Source: Eledone cirrhosa
Lineage: Eukaryota
Length of the DNA: 64,000 bases
Assembly: GCA_964016885.1 (NCBI GenBank)
Contig: OZ024741.1
Coordinates: 104,470,001 to 104,534,000, forward strand
Reading direction: 5' to 3'
A program made the translations under genes and the position numbers. The notes below the pieces were generated by a model that was given only the letters and a program-made list of their open reading frames with translations, was not told the DNA's origin and did not search any database. Shown here in pieces: positions 1 to 14,437 of the stretch (within the stretch, counting starts at the first letter, position 1; each line of letters begins with the position of its first letter).

Positions 1-960
1 ATGTAGTTATACACGAAGTCCAAATCGCGCACAACTTAATCCATGAAACGTTGGAAAGTACTGGCTGCGTTTCGCAAACCGAAAGGCATAGTCAGAAATT
101 CGAACGCTCTGAAAGGAGTTGTTACGGCAGTTTTAGGTATATCTGCCGGGTTCACTGGAATCTGGTGGTAAGCCTTGACCAAATCCAATTTGGAGAATGT
201 CTTACATCCGTGAAGCGAAGACGCGAAATCCTGTATGTGCGGGATCGGGTAGCGATCGGGTACCGTCATTGCGTTTAACCGGCGAAAGTCCCAGTGGGAT
301 GCCAATCACCGGAACGCTTCGGAACCAAATGCAAAGGAGTGGCCCACGGACTTGAGGATGGGCGTATGATCCCGAGCTGCAGCATGTGGTTGAATTCAGC
401 CTTGGCCACTTTCAATTTCTCCGCAGGGAGGCGGCGAGGGCGTGAAAACACAGGAGCACCAGATGTTTCAATGTAGTGTTTTGTTGAGTGAGTAGGCTTA
501 CTCATCACAAAATTTAAATTGGTCAATTCTGGGAAGGAATGTAACAGCGACTGAAAAGGATCTTCTGAAGCGGCGGTAAAGAAAGCCGGGCTGATAGACG
601 AGACAGTCGATCTCATACCCGGGACGGACAGTTCCGTGTTCGCATCCAACAACCGGCGGCGTCTGCGCATATCCACTAAAAGGTTATAGTGGTGCAGGAA
701 ATCCGAGCCTAGAATAGGGTAAGGCAGATTAGCGACAGTGAATATCCACGTGAAGTCTCTGCGCAATTCCAGGTTCAAAGAACGAGAAATTTGACCATAC
801 GTGGGGATCGGTGAATGATTTACAGCATGCAGAGATATGGGTGCAAGTGGAGGCTTCTCTTTGAGAAGTTTTAACGGCCATATGCTGCAAGCGGCGCCTG
901 TGTCAACCAAACAACGTGCTTGGGAATCCGTGTCTGTTATGAAGAACGCACGATTATTTG
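1..960 (-). pseudogene. pol: Gypsy/Ty3 pol (aspartic protease + RT N-terminus), frameshifted
   Basis: ORF 275-910 has VDTGA protease motif and IIRPSSSPWATPLHLVPK; ORF 36-305 has [29 protein letters not shown]. Split over frames with a stop at 36; runs off the window. Confidence 0.93.
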
Positions 961-966
961 GGAGTG

Positions 967-1782
967 TCAGAGGAGACTGTGCCGTGCTCGGGTCTCCTGA
1001 ATTCCGTTTCCCTGGATGGAAAACGAACAGGGCTGTTTACAAGAGCCTGCCGCCGCGCCAAAACAGCTGTGGTAGTAGCACAGTCCTGGCTTGCTTGTGT
1101 GGCGGCGGCGTGGCGAGGGCGAACGGCTCTGGAAGCGACGTCTGGGCGATTGAGCCCTGGAGGTACTCAATTTTCTCACCTCTTTAATGAGTTGCTCTAT
1201 GGCTTGAAGTACTGCCACAGACGCAAGCGACTGATCGGTGTGGACGGCAGCCGCTGGAGAGAACGAAGAGACCGCAGCCGGCGGCTGAGGTGTAGCAAAG
1301 GAGGCAGGCTTTCCGGTGTAACTCATAATTTTGTCGACCGAAGACGCGAGCTGGTCGACTGAGGTAGCTTCCATCATAGGCGCTAAAATCGCCTGAACAC
1401 TAGGCGGCAGCCTTGAAAGGAAAAGCTGTCGAAGGAGGGCGCTGTCAGCTGGGGCATCCTCCGCCAGCTCTCTCATCCGATGCAGAAGCTGGCTGGGCGT
1501 CCTATCACCCAAATGTTCGTCATTGACGAGGGTCTGGAATTTTTTCTCAGCAGACAGCGTGGTCCGCCGCAAAACCTCGCGTTTTACACTCTCATAGGTG
1601 GCTTCAAGGGGCGGATCAGTTATCAAATCCTTAACAACAGTCGTCAATGAGACTGGGAAAGCACTCAAGAGAATGTGTAACTGTCTGACTTCAGACGTTA
1701 TGTTCGCAGGAAAATGCGATTCCATCTGGGCGAACCAAACACGGACATCGCCGGCAAACTCTGGCAATGTGGTGCTACCCAT
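967..1782 (-). CDS. gag: Gypsy gag-like protein (271 aa)
   Basis: WFAQMES, LGDRTPSQLLHRM, LFLSRLP and C-terminal CYYHSCFGAAAGSCKQPC, directly upstream of pol. Confidence 0.88.
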   Translation of the reverse strand: MGSTTLPEFAGDVRVWFAQMESHFPANITSEVRQLHILLSAFPVSLTTVVKDLITDPPLEATYESVKREVLRRTTLSAEKKFQTLVNDEHLGDRTPSQLLHRMRELAEDAPADSALLRQLFLSRLPPSVQAILAPMMEATSVDQLASSVDKIMSYTGKPASFATPQPPAAVSSFSPAAAVHTDQSLASVAVLQAIEQLIKEVRKLSTSRAQSPRRRFQSRSPSPRRRHTSKPGLCYYHSCFGAAAGSCKQPCSFSIQGNGIQETRARHSLL

Positions 1783-2534
1783 CGTGAATTATGGTATACC
1801 CGTAAGCAATAGAAAATAACAGGAAAATGCAGGCCAAAAGGAATCCAATGGAAAAAACAAAAAATAAAAATAATAATATTCTCTTTCGTTGTCAGAGAGG
1901 AAAATGTTAAGAATAAAAAAAAAAATTTTTTTTTATATTTTTCAAACAAGCGTTGCTTTTAAATCAAATTGGCTGGCAAACAAAAGCAGAAGACGTATAA
2001 TGGCCATTCGTAACGCTCCGAAATACAGGCAAATTTTTGAAGATTGTGTCACCCAATCAGAATCCAGGAGGATTTATGTGCAAAATTCAAATTTTGAGAC
2101 GCAGTGAAAAAAAAAAAAAATTATAACGCACGATGCTGTGTACATGGAATAATTTACCGATAATTTTTTTTTTTTTTTTTTGTTAATAATGCATTTCGAT
2201 GCAAAATGTGTTTGTGCATGCAGGCAAAAGATACAGAAAAGATCAATGTTCATATACAACCTTAAAAATATAATAATAATGAAATAATTGTTCTAAACAA
2301 CAAAACGTTCAGTTTTTCTCTTCTTTGTGACAGTGTTCTTTCTTTCTTTTATATCTGTTGTACAAAAATGCTATCATTACTAGCTAGGAAGCTAGAAGTG
2401 TTCTGTTGTTATTGTTGAAGATGACAAAACAATTTGAAGTGAAGTTTAAGAAAAGCTCTGTAGATGTGATATCAGAAACTGCTTGTTTGTTTCTTGTCGG
2501 TTTGCGAATATGATTTGTTGCATGTTCGTTCAAG

Positions 2535-2902
2535 TCGGCAGGTCACCATTTATAATGAAGATTATATGTCGCTGCAAGTGTTAGTAGATTCAGAAGGCAT
2601 AAAATAACGACGAAATCCATTATAAATATGTAATTCCATTTATTCGTGGTATAAGCATGGAATTGGTATAACGACAAGAAAGGATTGATCTGTATCGAAG
2701 AATTGACGTGTTGGCGCGAGCAAGTATTTCCGAAGACTCAATTCTAGCAGAGTTCACTTACGTTATCTGGTCTAAGTAGTCCAGTAATTCGTATCGCTCC
2801 GCCGAAGGTTTTGATTGGCTCACTTACCTCTGTAACATAATTCTTCCGCAGAAGGAAAATACATTTAATTACAAAGTAAGTATATATTTATTTACTGCTA
2901 CA
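2535..2902 (-). mobile_element. 5' LTR (~2551-2902) and PBS (TGGTGACC, 2541-2548) of the Gypsy element
   Basis: Minus strand starts TGTAG at 2902 and ends CATTATA-AA-TGGTGACC upstream of the gag leader. The second LTR is outside the window, so the boundary is unconfirmed. Confidence 0.6.
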
Positions 2903-2976
2903 TCTTTACGCTAGCTGGCAGTAGGCAATATATTTACAAACTGTGAGACTTTACGTCCTATAGAATGGAAATAGCT

Positions 2977-3020
2977 TTCTGAAGAGCCTATCTTTCCATT
3001 GGAGGCGAAACCTAGGTAAA
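2977..3020 (+). ncRNA. Minimal type I hammerhead ribozyme
   Basis: CTGAAGA-gcct..aggc-GAAA, palindromic stem III ACCTAGGT, GTA cleavage triplet; stem I only ~2 bp. Confidence 0.7.
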
Positions 3021-3083
3021 TATTTAAATCGTATTTTAATTTATTTAAAAGATTGTTTAATGTTTACTTATTCCGCTCATCTC

Positions 3084-3156
<73 letters not shown>

Positions 3157-3159
<3 letters not shown>

Positions 3160-3540
3160 CTACCACATTTACCCGGCGTTGTCCGGGGTTTGAAATGCAA
3201 CAAAGAATAAACAAGAAACAAACGATAATATTAGTGATTTATCTTCAAATGAATCTGATGTTTATATTTCTGTCAATAAAGTTGGTTATCTCCCTTTTTT
3301 ATAAGGATTGTTAATAAAGTTTGTTATCTCCCTTACATCAATTTTGCTACCGAAAATTTTCATATCGATTTTTATTGCTCCACGTGGGTCGATTTGAAAA
3401 ATGTTTGTGATGTGACAATCTTAGCGACCTGTGCAACGTGCACAGAAAATTTGGTCAAATTCAGTTGGTAATTGTAAAAGCCTTAAGTATGCAAATTTGT
3501 ACACAGACACACACACATCCTCGCTTTTATATATATACAG
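3157..3540. mobile_element. Non-autonomous Helentron/DINE-like element
   Basis: Subterminal hairpin cccggcgttgtccggg near one end, cttttatatata at the other, embedded in (TA)n. Confidence 0.45.
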
Positions 3541-3554
3541 ATATATATATATGT

Positions 3555-4090
<536 letters not shown>

Positions 4091-4379
4091 ATATATATAT
4101 ACATATTATATATATATATTATATATATATATATTGTATATATATATATTGTATATACATTATATATATATATTTTGTATATATATATATATATATATTG
4201 TATATATATATATATATATATTGTATATATATATATGTATATATTGTAAATATATATATACATTATACATTATATATATATATTGTGTATATATAACTTT
4301 GATAGCTTTGATAGATTTCGGCCAGTATTGGCCCAGGCCATGTCTAACTTAATAGTACCACCTGGCGTAGTCATACAAA

Positions 4380-6114
4380 TCAGTGTTTGGGCACCATGGC
4401 CCACTCGAGCAGAGAGTTATTATTTACGGAGGCATATCCGGGTATAGGAGGCTTATCCGGGATTTCTTGAAGGAATTTACCCAAAGACTTCTTGAACTTG
4501 ATGGAGTCTGTCTCTGCTTTGATGTGTCTTGGTGTAATGTTAAAGAGTGCAGGGCCAATTGAGGTGAAATAATTGTGCTTTATTGTTGTTATGTGATGCG
4601 AGTGAGATTTTTGTCGTGGGCTGATAGCACGGGGCCCAAGCCATGGCTGCACACTAAAGGTGATGCCAACATCATTTTGGGCAAAGATGATGGAATATTT
4701 TCCACATCATACAGATAATGTAGCGTTCACAGCGACGTTGGAGAGAATAAAGTTTGAGCTTTTCCAATCGACTCCAATAGTCAAGGCCTGTCATGCCATC
4801 TATCTTTTTTGTAATTGACCATTGGGGTGCTTCAACTTTCATGATACTTTATTTCGTGTGGGGTGACCACAGTATTCAAGGTGGGGTCGGACAAAAGTGG
4901 AGAAGAGAAAGATAACAGTGTGGATATCTCTCGACTGGAAAGTTCTAAGAATCCAGGAACACATTCTGCGGTCCATATCAACTTTGCTGTTTATATGAGT
5001 GGCCCAACTTATGTTGTTGTCCACAATTACTCCCAGGTCTCTGATGTTATTGGATGCCACTAAAGTTTCACCTGAAGGAAGAGAGTATGGTAGTTTCAGG
5101 GCATCCTTTTTTCCGAAGTGGATTAATTCAAATTTATCTTCATTCAACAGCATATTATTCATTTCTGCCCATTGGATAACAGCCAGTAGGTCTGACTGAA
5201 GGCAAGTCTGGTCACCCACCTCATTGATGACCCTTTGGAGCTTCGAATCGTCTGCGAAGATTCTGATGTTGCTGTGCTTGATGATGTCAGTAATGTCATT
5301 AATGTAGATGATGAAAAGAAGTGGGCCCAACACAGTGCCTTGTGGGACGCCACTGCTGACTTTGGCAGGGCTTGATGTTACTCCTTCGACTACAACATGC
5401 TGGGTTCTGCCTGTCAGGAAACATTTGATCCACTGTAGTAACCTTCCAGAGACACCAACATTGAATAGTTTTTTCAGTAGAATCTTATGATAAACCCTGT
5501 CGAAGTCCTTGCTGAAGTCAAGGTAGATGACATCAGTGTTGGAGCCCTCTCCCAAGGCTCTCAAAACATCGTCAAAGTGATGCAGGAGCTGCGTTAGGCA
5601 GTCCCTTCCATTACGGAACCCATGTTGGCTGGAGTTCAGCAGGCCGTTGCTTTCAAGAAAGTGGGTTATTCGTGATCTCACCACCCTCTAAAATACCTTG
5701 ATAATATGAGAGGTGAGTGAGATCGGATGGTAGTTCAGTGCAAGGGACTTATTTCCCTTTTTGAAGATTGGGACAACGGACTGGGACGGAAAGTTTTCAG
5801 GAATATAGCCAGTGTCCAGTGAGTTCCTCCACAGATTAGCAAGAAGAGATGCAAGCTGGTGTCGACACACCTTCAAGACACAAGCAGGGAACCTGTCAGA
5901 GCCTACTGCTGAATTGTGTTTAATTTCGTTTATTGCCGCTAAGACATCAGGGGCGTCAAACGTTATGTCTGATATAGTGTGTTGGGGATTAACATTACTG
6001 ATACGGCCCAGATCGGCCATATCAGGATTGCTGAAAACAGGGCAATATTGTTTCTGCAGTATCTCGCCCATGGTTTTGGCATTGTCCTGGAGTGTGCCAT
6101 TTTCATCAACTAGG
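4380..6114 (-). pseudogene. 5'-truncated LINE ORF2 (RT), CR1-like
   Basis: NYHPISLTS, QHGFR, YLDFSKDFDRV, GVPQGTVLGPLLF, FADD, RPHLEY; stops/frameshifts; 5' end abuts (TA)n. Confidence 0.9.
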
Positions 6115-6128
6115 GGGGGGGGATATAT

Positions 6129-6170
<42 letters not shown>

Positions 6171-6377
6171 TAAATATACAATATATATAGATATATATAT
6201 ATACATAAATATATATATATATAATATAAGAATTAAAATACTAGAGTGTGTTGGAGTTAAACACCCTCTTCATATTATAGAAATGACAGTAAAGGTATAG
6301 CTCAATGTAATTAAACAGAGCCGAAGAATTATGAAAATAAACCAAAGAAGCCTTCAATACATCAAAAGTCTTTATTA

Positions 6378-6415
6378 GCCAACAATGTTTCGTCCTATTA
6401 AGGACTCATCAGGGC
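6378..6415 (-). ncRNA. Minimal hammerhead ribozyme (inverted copy)
   Basis: Reverse complement of 6679-6716. Confidence 0.85.
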
Positions 6416-6678
6416 AAGTATAGTTATAAGAAGCACTATCGGCCAATACAAGCCAAAAACTCAGAAGAATATGGAGTATACATACATTAAAGCATAGGAA
6501 AATTATCAAGTAAAAATTATCAGTAAAAATTGCTAAGGAAGTGAATAACATTTTGAACCATATTACAAATATAGTACAATGCAAAAACTAAAAACTAAAA
6601 ACTAAAAACTAAAAACTAAAAACTAAAAACTAAGTTTTTGGCTTGTATTGGCCGATAGTGCTTCTTATAACTATACTT

Positions 6679-6716
6679 GCCCTGATGAGTCCTTAATAGG
6701 ACGAAACATTGTTGGC
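6679..6716 (+). ncRNA. Minimal hammerhead ribozyme
   Basis: gcc-CTGATGA-gtcc ttaata ggac-GAAAC-att-GTT-ggc. Confidence 0.88.
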
Positions 6717-6764
6717 TAATAAAGACTTTTGATGTATTGAAGGCTTCTTTGGTTTATTTTCATA

Positions 6765-6856
<92 letters not shown>

Positions 6857-6941
6857 TATTAAAATAACAGATTAAAGTTTAAGCAAAGAATCGCTGCTTA
6901 TCGAGCCCTCTTTGGATTTTAGTCTTCAAATTTATTATTAT

Positions 6942-7016
<75 letters not shown>

Positions 7017-7239
7017 ATATATATATATTGTATATATATATATTGTATATATATATATTGTATATATATATTATATTTATATTATATATATATATTATAT
7101 ATATATATTATATATATATATTATATATATATATTATATAAATGAAGTAATTCCGTCGGAAAGGTACAGAAAAAAAGAGTGCTCTATGTAGGTTACAGAG
7201 CTTATTAGTTATGTAATAAACAGCATAAGATAATTATTT

Positions 7240-7293
7240 CATTTACCAGTGGTTTCTTGAATGCAAACAAATCTGCTTTCAGTCGTCAGAATG
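7240..7293 (-). ncRNA. Hammerhead ribozyme (family of 33019)
   Basis: catt-CTGACGA-ctgaaagcaga..tttgcattcaa-GAAAC-cactg-GTA-aatg. Confidence 0.82.
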
Positions 7294-7779
7294 AAAAAAT
7301 TCTGGTGTTTTTATTGAAGTGGATTTGAAAACAAAAATATAAGAAATACGAAAGTGAGGCTGAGGGAAGAAGAAAAAAAGATTATAAATAATAAGTATAT
7401 AAACACACAGACACAAACACACACAATTATACATACATATATATAAATATATATATACACACACATAAATACACATACACATATACATAATATATATATA
7501 TATACACACATACATACATATAATTACACACATAAATATAAAAAATAAATAAAAATAAATAAACAAACATATACTTAAAAAATAAGCTGTCACATCAACA
7601 AGCATAGACAAATACATATTCATAAAGTCATAATATAAATAAATAAAAGCAAAAAATAATTAAAGTCAAATATAAAAATAAAAAATGAAAAAATAGCACG
7701 TTGACAACGATACGAGAGAGGAAAAAAACAAATAAAAATAAACAAACACACGTGGTAAGCAATTGCACAAAATAAAATA

Positions 7780-7846
<67 letters not shown>

Positions 7847-7850
<4 letters not shown>

Positions 7851-8768
7851 TAAGGAACCGCAGAAACCCAAAAAGCTAGAATTTAACATCCTTCTAGCGG
7901 GTCCGGGTAAGATTTTACATTCATTTAATTTATTAATTTATTAATTTATTATTTGTATGACCCGAATTTTCCTGGTCGTTTCTTCGGCTGTACGAATGAT
8001 TTTAAGCATTGTCTCTATGTGTTGGTATTTAAACGATAGTTATAGCTCTGGTTTATCCAAACTATTGAGCCCTTTGCCATGCATTTCGAAGATTGTGTTT
8101 CGTTATTTCGTGGGCCGAGATTCCGATTCTCGATAATTTATTTGTATTTATCTCCAGTCTTTAGCTATTGACCAGTTAATTTTATTGATTTTTTAGTTGA
8201 TCTTATTGACTGATGAATAGCTCTTGTTAATTTTAACCCGTCTTTTGAGAACTCTAATTCGATATGTGATATTTTGTATTTTTACAAAAATATACACATT
8301 ACTGAATTCATTCGCCTAATATAGGGGTTCCCTCCCTTGCTGGACCCCATGTGCGTTTAGTAACGGGTGCCTCTGTATTTTTGAACGAAATGCCTGCTGA
8401 CAAAGCGGTTTCCTCGTTCGTCTCTTTGCCAGAAGTCAGATATATTTTTTATGTGGGCTGACGGTAATTGATTAAGGAACCGCAGAAATCCAAAAAGCTA
8501 GAATTTAACATCCTTCTAGCGGGTCCGGGTAAGATTTTACATTCATTTAATTTATTAATTTATTAATTTATTATTTGTATGACCCGAATTTTCCTGGTCG
8601 TTTCTTCGGCTGTGCGAATGATTTTAAGCATTGTCTCTATGTGTTGGTATTTAAACGATAGTTATAGCTCTGGTTTATCCAAACTATTGGGCCCTTTGCC
8701 ATGCATTTCGAAGATTGTGTTTCGTTATTTCGTGGGCCGAGATTCCGATTCTCGATAATTTATTTGTA
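7847..8768. repeat. Direct repeat of ~300 bp, period ~622 bp
   Basis: 7847-8147 is nearly identical to 8469-8768; flanked by (TA)n. Confidence 0.85.
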
Positions 8769-8804
8769 TATATATATATATATATTTATTTATTTTATTA
8801 TGTG

Positions 8805-8846
<42 letters not shown>

Positions 8847-9115
8847 GGAAGAAATGAAACGAAATTTCATTTCCCACTCTTAGTACGGCTGTTACTTAAA
8901 TATAAGTATGTACACGTACATACATATATGTATACAGACGTACAGTAGTATGTATATATATATATACATACATGCACACATATATATATATATATGTACG
9001 TATGGATTCACCGAACATTTATTATAATGCTCGGTGTGTTTGTAAACAAACATCCCGTATTAAGCCGTAGTGTCTAGCAACCATCGTTGCTCGTTTGTTC
9101 AACACTGACAAAGGA

Positions 9116-9158
9116 ACGCTGTACTAGTTTCAAGCTTATTAGCTATCGTCAGCAACGT
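9116..9158 (-). ncRNA. R1 hammerhead ribozyme
   Basis: Same core as 3922-3964, one stem I mismatch. Confidence 0.8.
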
Positions 9159-9322
9159 TTACCTTCCTGCCAGATTGTGGAACGTATATACTTCCCTTAT
9201 GCATATTAACGGCTGAGTAGCCTAATTTGCATATCGAGTGGGTTAATCGGCCGGGTGCACCGAAAACGATAAACGGAAAAAATGAAACGTCTGTATACTA
9301 TATGTATGTACGTGTACATACT

Positions 9323-9353
<31 letters not shown>

Positions 9354-9748
9354 TTTATTTTGTGTAATTGCTTACCACGTGTGTTTGTTTATTTTTATTT
9401 TTTTTACTATCCAGGAGATTCCAACCAGAATGGTTGCATTTTTTTTAAGGGTATGTCAATATTTATTTATAAAACTAACCTATATTATATTTTATCTGAT
9501 GAAAGCGCACCATAGTTGGTGGCCCTTGAAATATGTATAATGAAATAAATATGGTTTTATAAATATAGTTTCCATTTGTTAATATATTGTATATTTACTC
9601 CAATAATTTGTTGAGTGCTTTATATCAGTTATAAAAATATTTTGCTTGTTGTATCCCAACAAATTAAATATAACCTCTACATATATATAATAAATCAGGA
9701 AGGAAGAGTGACACGTTTTGCTATACAAAAAAGGTTTTTAATCTCATT

Positions 9749-9854
9749 GCTGACAATTGTTTCTCTGAACTGCTAGATCTAGAGATCGCTATCCGCTTAT
9801 TTTCACGTTACTCGATCGCCAATACAAAGTTATAACCAGTCAGTTCATCGGAGC
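9749..9854 (-). ncRNA. Hammerhead-like motif with CCGATGA core and long stem II
   Basis: gct-CCGATGA-actgactg..cagttcaga-GAAAC-aatt-GTC-agc; homologous to 40366-40471. Confidence 0.72.
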
Positions 9855-9872
9855 TTGTGAGAATGTTACCCC

Positions 9873-9943
<71 letters not shown>

Positions 9944-10564
9944 TATATGGAGTAATTAAGTATCGAAAGAGAGAAGAAGAAGAAATAGGCGATACATGTA
10001 GTTATTTGCCAATAGCATATGCAAAGGGTGCTCAATGTGTGTGCCAGCAGTGTTAATATCTAGTGGGCGAGAAAATCAGCAGAGCGGATAGACGTGGAGA
10101 AATATATATAAAGGAGAACAAACCGTTAAAACATGTTTATTTAAAATAGCACCTACGTACGTTTCGCACGAAAGGGCTTCTGAAGGGCATAAAAACTAAA
10201 AAGCGTTCCTTACATGACCCGGAATGGGTTTTTAGAAATAAGTTCACGTCACAGTTCATTCTTCGTAACAAAACATGTATTGATTTTGCAGTAGGTCAAA
10301 GGAGATAACTCTAACCGGTGTTAGAGCAGCAATTCTCCATGTGACTTTTTATCCGTCACTTCTTTGTAGTTGCAGCTTTACCATTGTCGATACGCACAGG
10401 ATCAGGTATGCAACGTTATTTTCCAAATGTTTGTTTGCTGCGTCTGCCCGCCTGGGTCGATATGTGCCGGGTCTGGGATGCATGTATAGTTTCCGGATGT
10501 TTTTTGCAGCACCTGCCCGTCGGGGTGTTAAAATTTGGTACAGGGCGACTCGGTTTACGGTTTT

Positions 10565-10810
10565 TTACTCCCCATTCTTATTCCATCTGGAGAAGGACAT
10601 TTTAAAGCGGCGTGTACAGCTTATCGTCGTTTCTGCTTTGCTGTTGATGAGCTCGTGAGGTGCCGTTATGATGTAGCAAAGCTCCATGATGCAAAGCTCA
10701 CACTTTCTCTTGAAATTGTACGGTGTTGCTATGCCGATAATTTCCCAGTGCGTGGAGAAGCTGATGTTTGAGTCTTTTAATGCTGTGATGTAGTTCGCGA
10801 GCGAAGTGGA
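10565..10810 (-). pseudogene. PLE (Naiad-type) GIY-YIG C-terminal fragment
   Basis: STSLANYI..LKD..WEII..CELCIME..INSKAETTISC, similar to the ends of ORFs 30038 and 37642. Confidence 0.75.
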
Positions 10811-11307
10811 GTACATATATACACACACATATACAGCACAAATATATACACAAATAAGTATATGCATACAAACATATATACACATATATACATACATATA
10901 TATATACATATATATATATACACACATATACACACATATAATTACTCACATACATACACACACATACGCACGCACATACACTCAACCACACGTATAGGGA
11001 CATATACACAAATGTAGGTGTATATACATATATCAATAAATATATACATTCACACACACACACACATATATACATACACATATATAAGACTATAGAGACA
11101 GAAAATAAAGGCCTATAATCACCGCATACACACAACTAAAACCGTAAAAACATGCATGGAAACAAATAAAGGTATAAAATAAACATAAACTCACACACAT
11201 GAGAAAAAATACATACAACCACATACACATATTTATATACCTATAGATAAAAATATATATACATACACACATACACACATACGCATATGTACAAGTACAT
11301 ACGCACG

Positions 11308-11419
<112 letters not shown>

Positions 11420-11984
11420 TAGAAGGGATATTCAATTTGTAGGAAATCCGACAAATATAAATATAAATGTTTATAACTGATTTAGAGCACTCAAGAGATA
11501 TTCAATGAAATTAATATCTTTGTATATATATACACACACACACACACACATACATAAAGTTACATCTACACATATATACATACATATATATACACACACA
11601 TATATATATACATATATCTATATATATATACATACATATACAAACATATATACATAAACATACATATACGCGCAAAATATATACACACTCACATAAGCAC
11701 GCACACACGCACATATATATATCTATATATATATATCTATAAGTATGTATACGTACTTACATATATGAATACAGACGTACAGTAGTATATATATATATAC
11801 ATACATGCACACACATATATATGTACGTATGGGTTTACCGAACATTTATTATAATGTTCTGTTTGTTTGTGAACAAACAGCCCGATTTAGCCGTACGGTG
11901 TTCGGCAACCATCGTTGCCCTTTTGTTCAACACTGACAAAGGAACAATGAACTATTTTCCCACATACATACATACATACCAAAT

Positions 11985-12602
11985 ATCTGTAGTACTGTAA
12001 TATGATGTGTATTGTGTAAATAGCTTATCATACAAGAGATAAAATAAAAAGATAACATGAAAAATATATTGCCGAGTGTTAAAGACAGAGGCTATTCGGT
12101 GCCAATAAGGTAGCCTAGCCTAGGTTTGAAAACCTTGAAATCCACAGCTAAAACAAAAAGTAAGGATTTAATATACTTTATAAAGAAAATCTATAGTGCT
12201 ATGTATAACATACGATTTAAAGTTAAAAGGTATTAGTCAAAATAAAGAAACAATATATCCAGATTTATTCTGAACGTATATGACGAATGTTGGCCGAGCG
12301 AAAGGTTATTCAGTGTCCATAATATAGCCTAGCTTAAGTTTGAAAACCTTGAAATCCACAGCTAAAACAAAAAAATAAGACTACTGTACAGTAATATACT
12401 TTATAAAGAAAAGCTATAGTTTTGTGTATATGATTTTAAGTTAAATACTATTAATCGAAATAAAGAAACAATATCAAGAATATTTACTGTACTGTACAGG
12501 CCTATATACGCAATGTCGGCAGAAAGTCACTCGTTTAACGATCATTTCGCTTAACGAACGGGTCATTGGAACGTACCCCGTTCGTTAAACGAGGAGTACC
12601 TG
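11985..12602. mobile_element. Tigger/pogo-like DNA transposon end
   Basis: Terminus cgttaaacgaggagtacctg followed by TA, with internal repeats of the TIR motif; other end not seen. Confidence 0.55.
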
Positions 12603-12848
12603 TATATATATATATATTATATATATGTATATATATATATTATATATGTATATATATATTATACATGTATATATATATATATTATATATGTATTATATAT
12701 ATGTATAATATATATTATATATTATATATTATATATATTATATATATATATATATTATATATATATATATTACATATATTATATATATTATATATATTAT
12801 ATATATTATATATATGTATAATATATTATATATTATATATTATATATT

Positions 12849-13030
12849 AATTGTTTCTACTTTTGGCACAAGGCCAGCAATTGCCCAGTGTATTACTGGT
12901 ACTTTATTTTATCGACCCCGTAAGGATGAAACGCAAAGTTAACCTCGGCGGGATTTGAACGCAGAATGGCAAGGGACGTAACTCTATGCGTCAAAGCATG
13001 GCGTCCGACCCTCTACCGATACTGCCAATT
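12849..13030 (-). mobile_element. tRNA-derived SINE
   Basis: Reverse complement of 13637-13822; B-box-like gttcaaatcc. Confidence 0.8.
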
Positions 13031-13159
13031 CATTATATATTAATGACGTATTATTCGTTTTTTCCCGTTCTTTGCCAGCGAACGTTACCACGAACCAAAG
13101 TATCGTCTTCCTGTCTTCCTCCGGTTGCAACGTTTTTTGAAATATCCAGTTCTGCGTTT

Positions 13160-13234
13160 ACAGATTGACTTTGTTAGTTTCAGAAGATCCCGTTAAGGGT
13201 GAAAGCAGCGATTCTTTGCTTAAACTTTAATCTG
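13160..13234 (+). ncRNA. Extended hammerhead-like motif with CAGAAGA core
   Basis: acagattga..agttt-CAGAAGA-tccc gttaa gggt-GAAA-gca..tgc-TT-aaact-ttaatctgt; same motif at 36948-37023. Confidence 0.7.
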
Positions 13235-13254
13235 TTATTTTAATAAATATATTA

Positions 13255-13635
<381 letters not shown>

Positions 13636-13636
13636 C

Positions 13637-13822
13637 GGTGGATTGGCAGTATCGGTAGAGGGTCGGGCGTCATGCTTTAACGCATAGAATTACGGCCCTT
13701 TCCATTCTGAGTTCAAATCCCGCCGAGGTCAACTTTGCCTTTCATCCTTACGGGGTCGATAAAATAAAGTACCAGTAATGTACTGGATAATTGCTGGCCT
13801 TGTGCCCAAAGTAGAAACAATT
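13637..13822 (+). mobile_element. tRNA-derived SINE; other copies ~21650-21800, 36727-36838, 62313-62418
   Basis: A-box-like tggcagtatcgg, B-box gagttcaaatcc, shared body actttgcctttcatcc..ggggtcgataaaat. Confidence 0.82.
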
Positions 13823-14028
13823 ATATATGTATATATTATATTTATATAATATATTATATTTATATAATATATATATTATATATAATAATATACATATATA
13901 ATATATATACATATATAATATATATACATATATAATATATATATATAAATATATTATATATATATGTATATATAATATATATACAATATATATGTATATG
14001 TATATATATTATATATATAATATATATG

Positions 14029-14062
<34 letters not shown>

Positions 14063-14131
14063 TTTTATATATATATATAATATATATATATAATATATAT
14101 ATACTATATATATATATATATATAATATCAT

Positions 14132-14172
<41 letters not shown>

Positions 14173-14282
14173 GTATTGAAGTTTCCGTTGAAAATTGAAA
14201 AAGTCAGAGGAATGAAGAGTGCTCTATGTAAGTTACAGAGCTAAATATTTAATGTATAATAAACAATACAGTATAATTGCCT

Positions 14283-14344
14283 CATTACCAGAGGTTTCCC
14301 GAATAAGACGAATACAAGACACGTCCGCATTCGTTCATCAGACA
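14283..14344 (-). ncRNA. Hammerhead ribozyme
   Basis: tgt-CTGATGA-acgaat..attcgg-GAAAC-ctctg-GTA-atg; flank resembles that of the 7240 motif. Confidence 0.68.
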
Positions 14345-14405
14345 AGGCAATTTAAAACATAGTGAAATATTATATATAATATATATATATATTATATTAT
14401 ATATC

Positions 14406-14437
<32 letters not shown>

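Larger units (their letters stand above)
6328..6765. repeat. Fold-back PLE-type pLTR fragment: ~133-bp inverted arms with (AAAAACT)7 at the junction
   Basis: 6328-6460 is the reverse complement of 6633-6765; heptamer array at 6583-6631. Confidence 0.85.

Noticed and set aside
9490-9542. CTGATGA-hairpin-GAAA motif on +
   Set aside because: Stem II is plausible but stems I and III do not register with a UH site; probably a decayed HHR.
10151-10190. Minus-strand GAAAC-gtac-GTA with palindrome
   Set aside because: Core reads CTTCAGA; at best a dead HHR.
13637-13730. tRNA gene
   Set aside because: Only A/B boxes of a SINE head; no cloverleaf.
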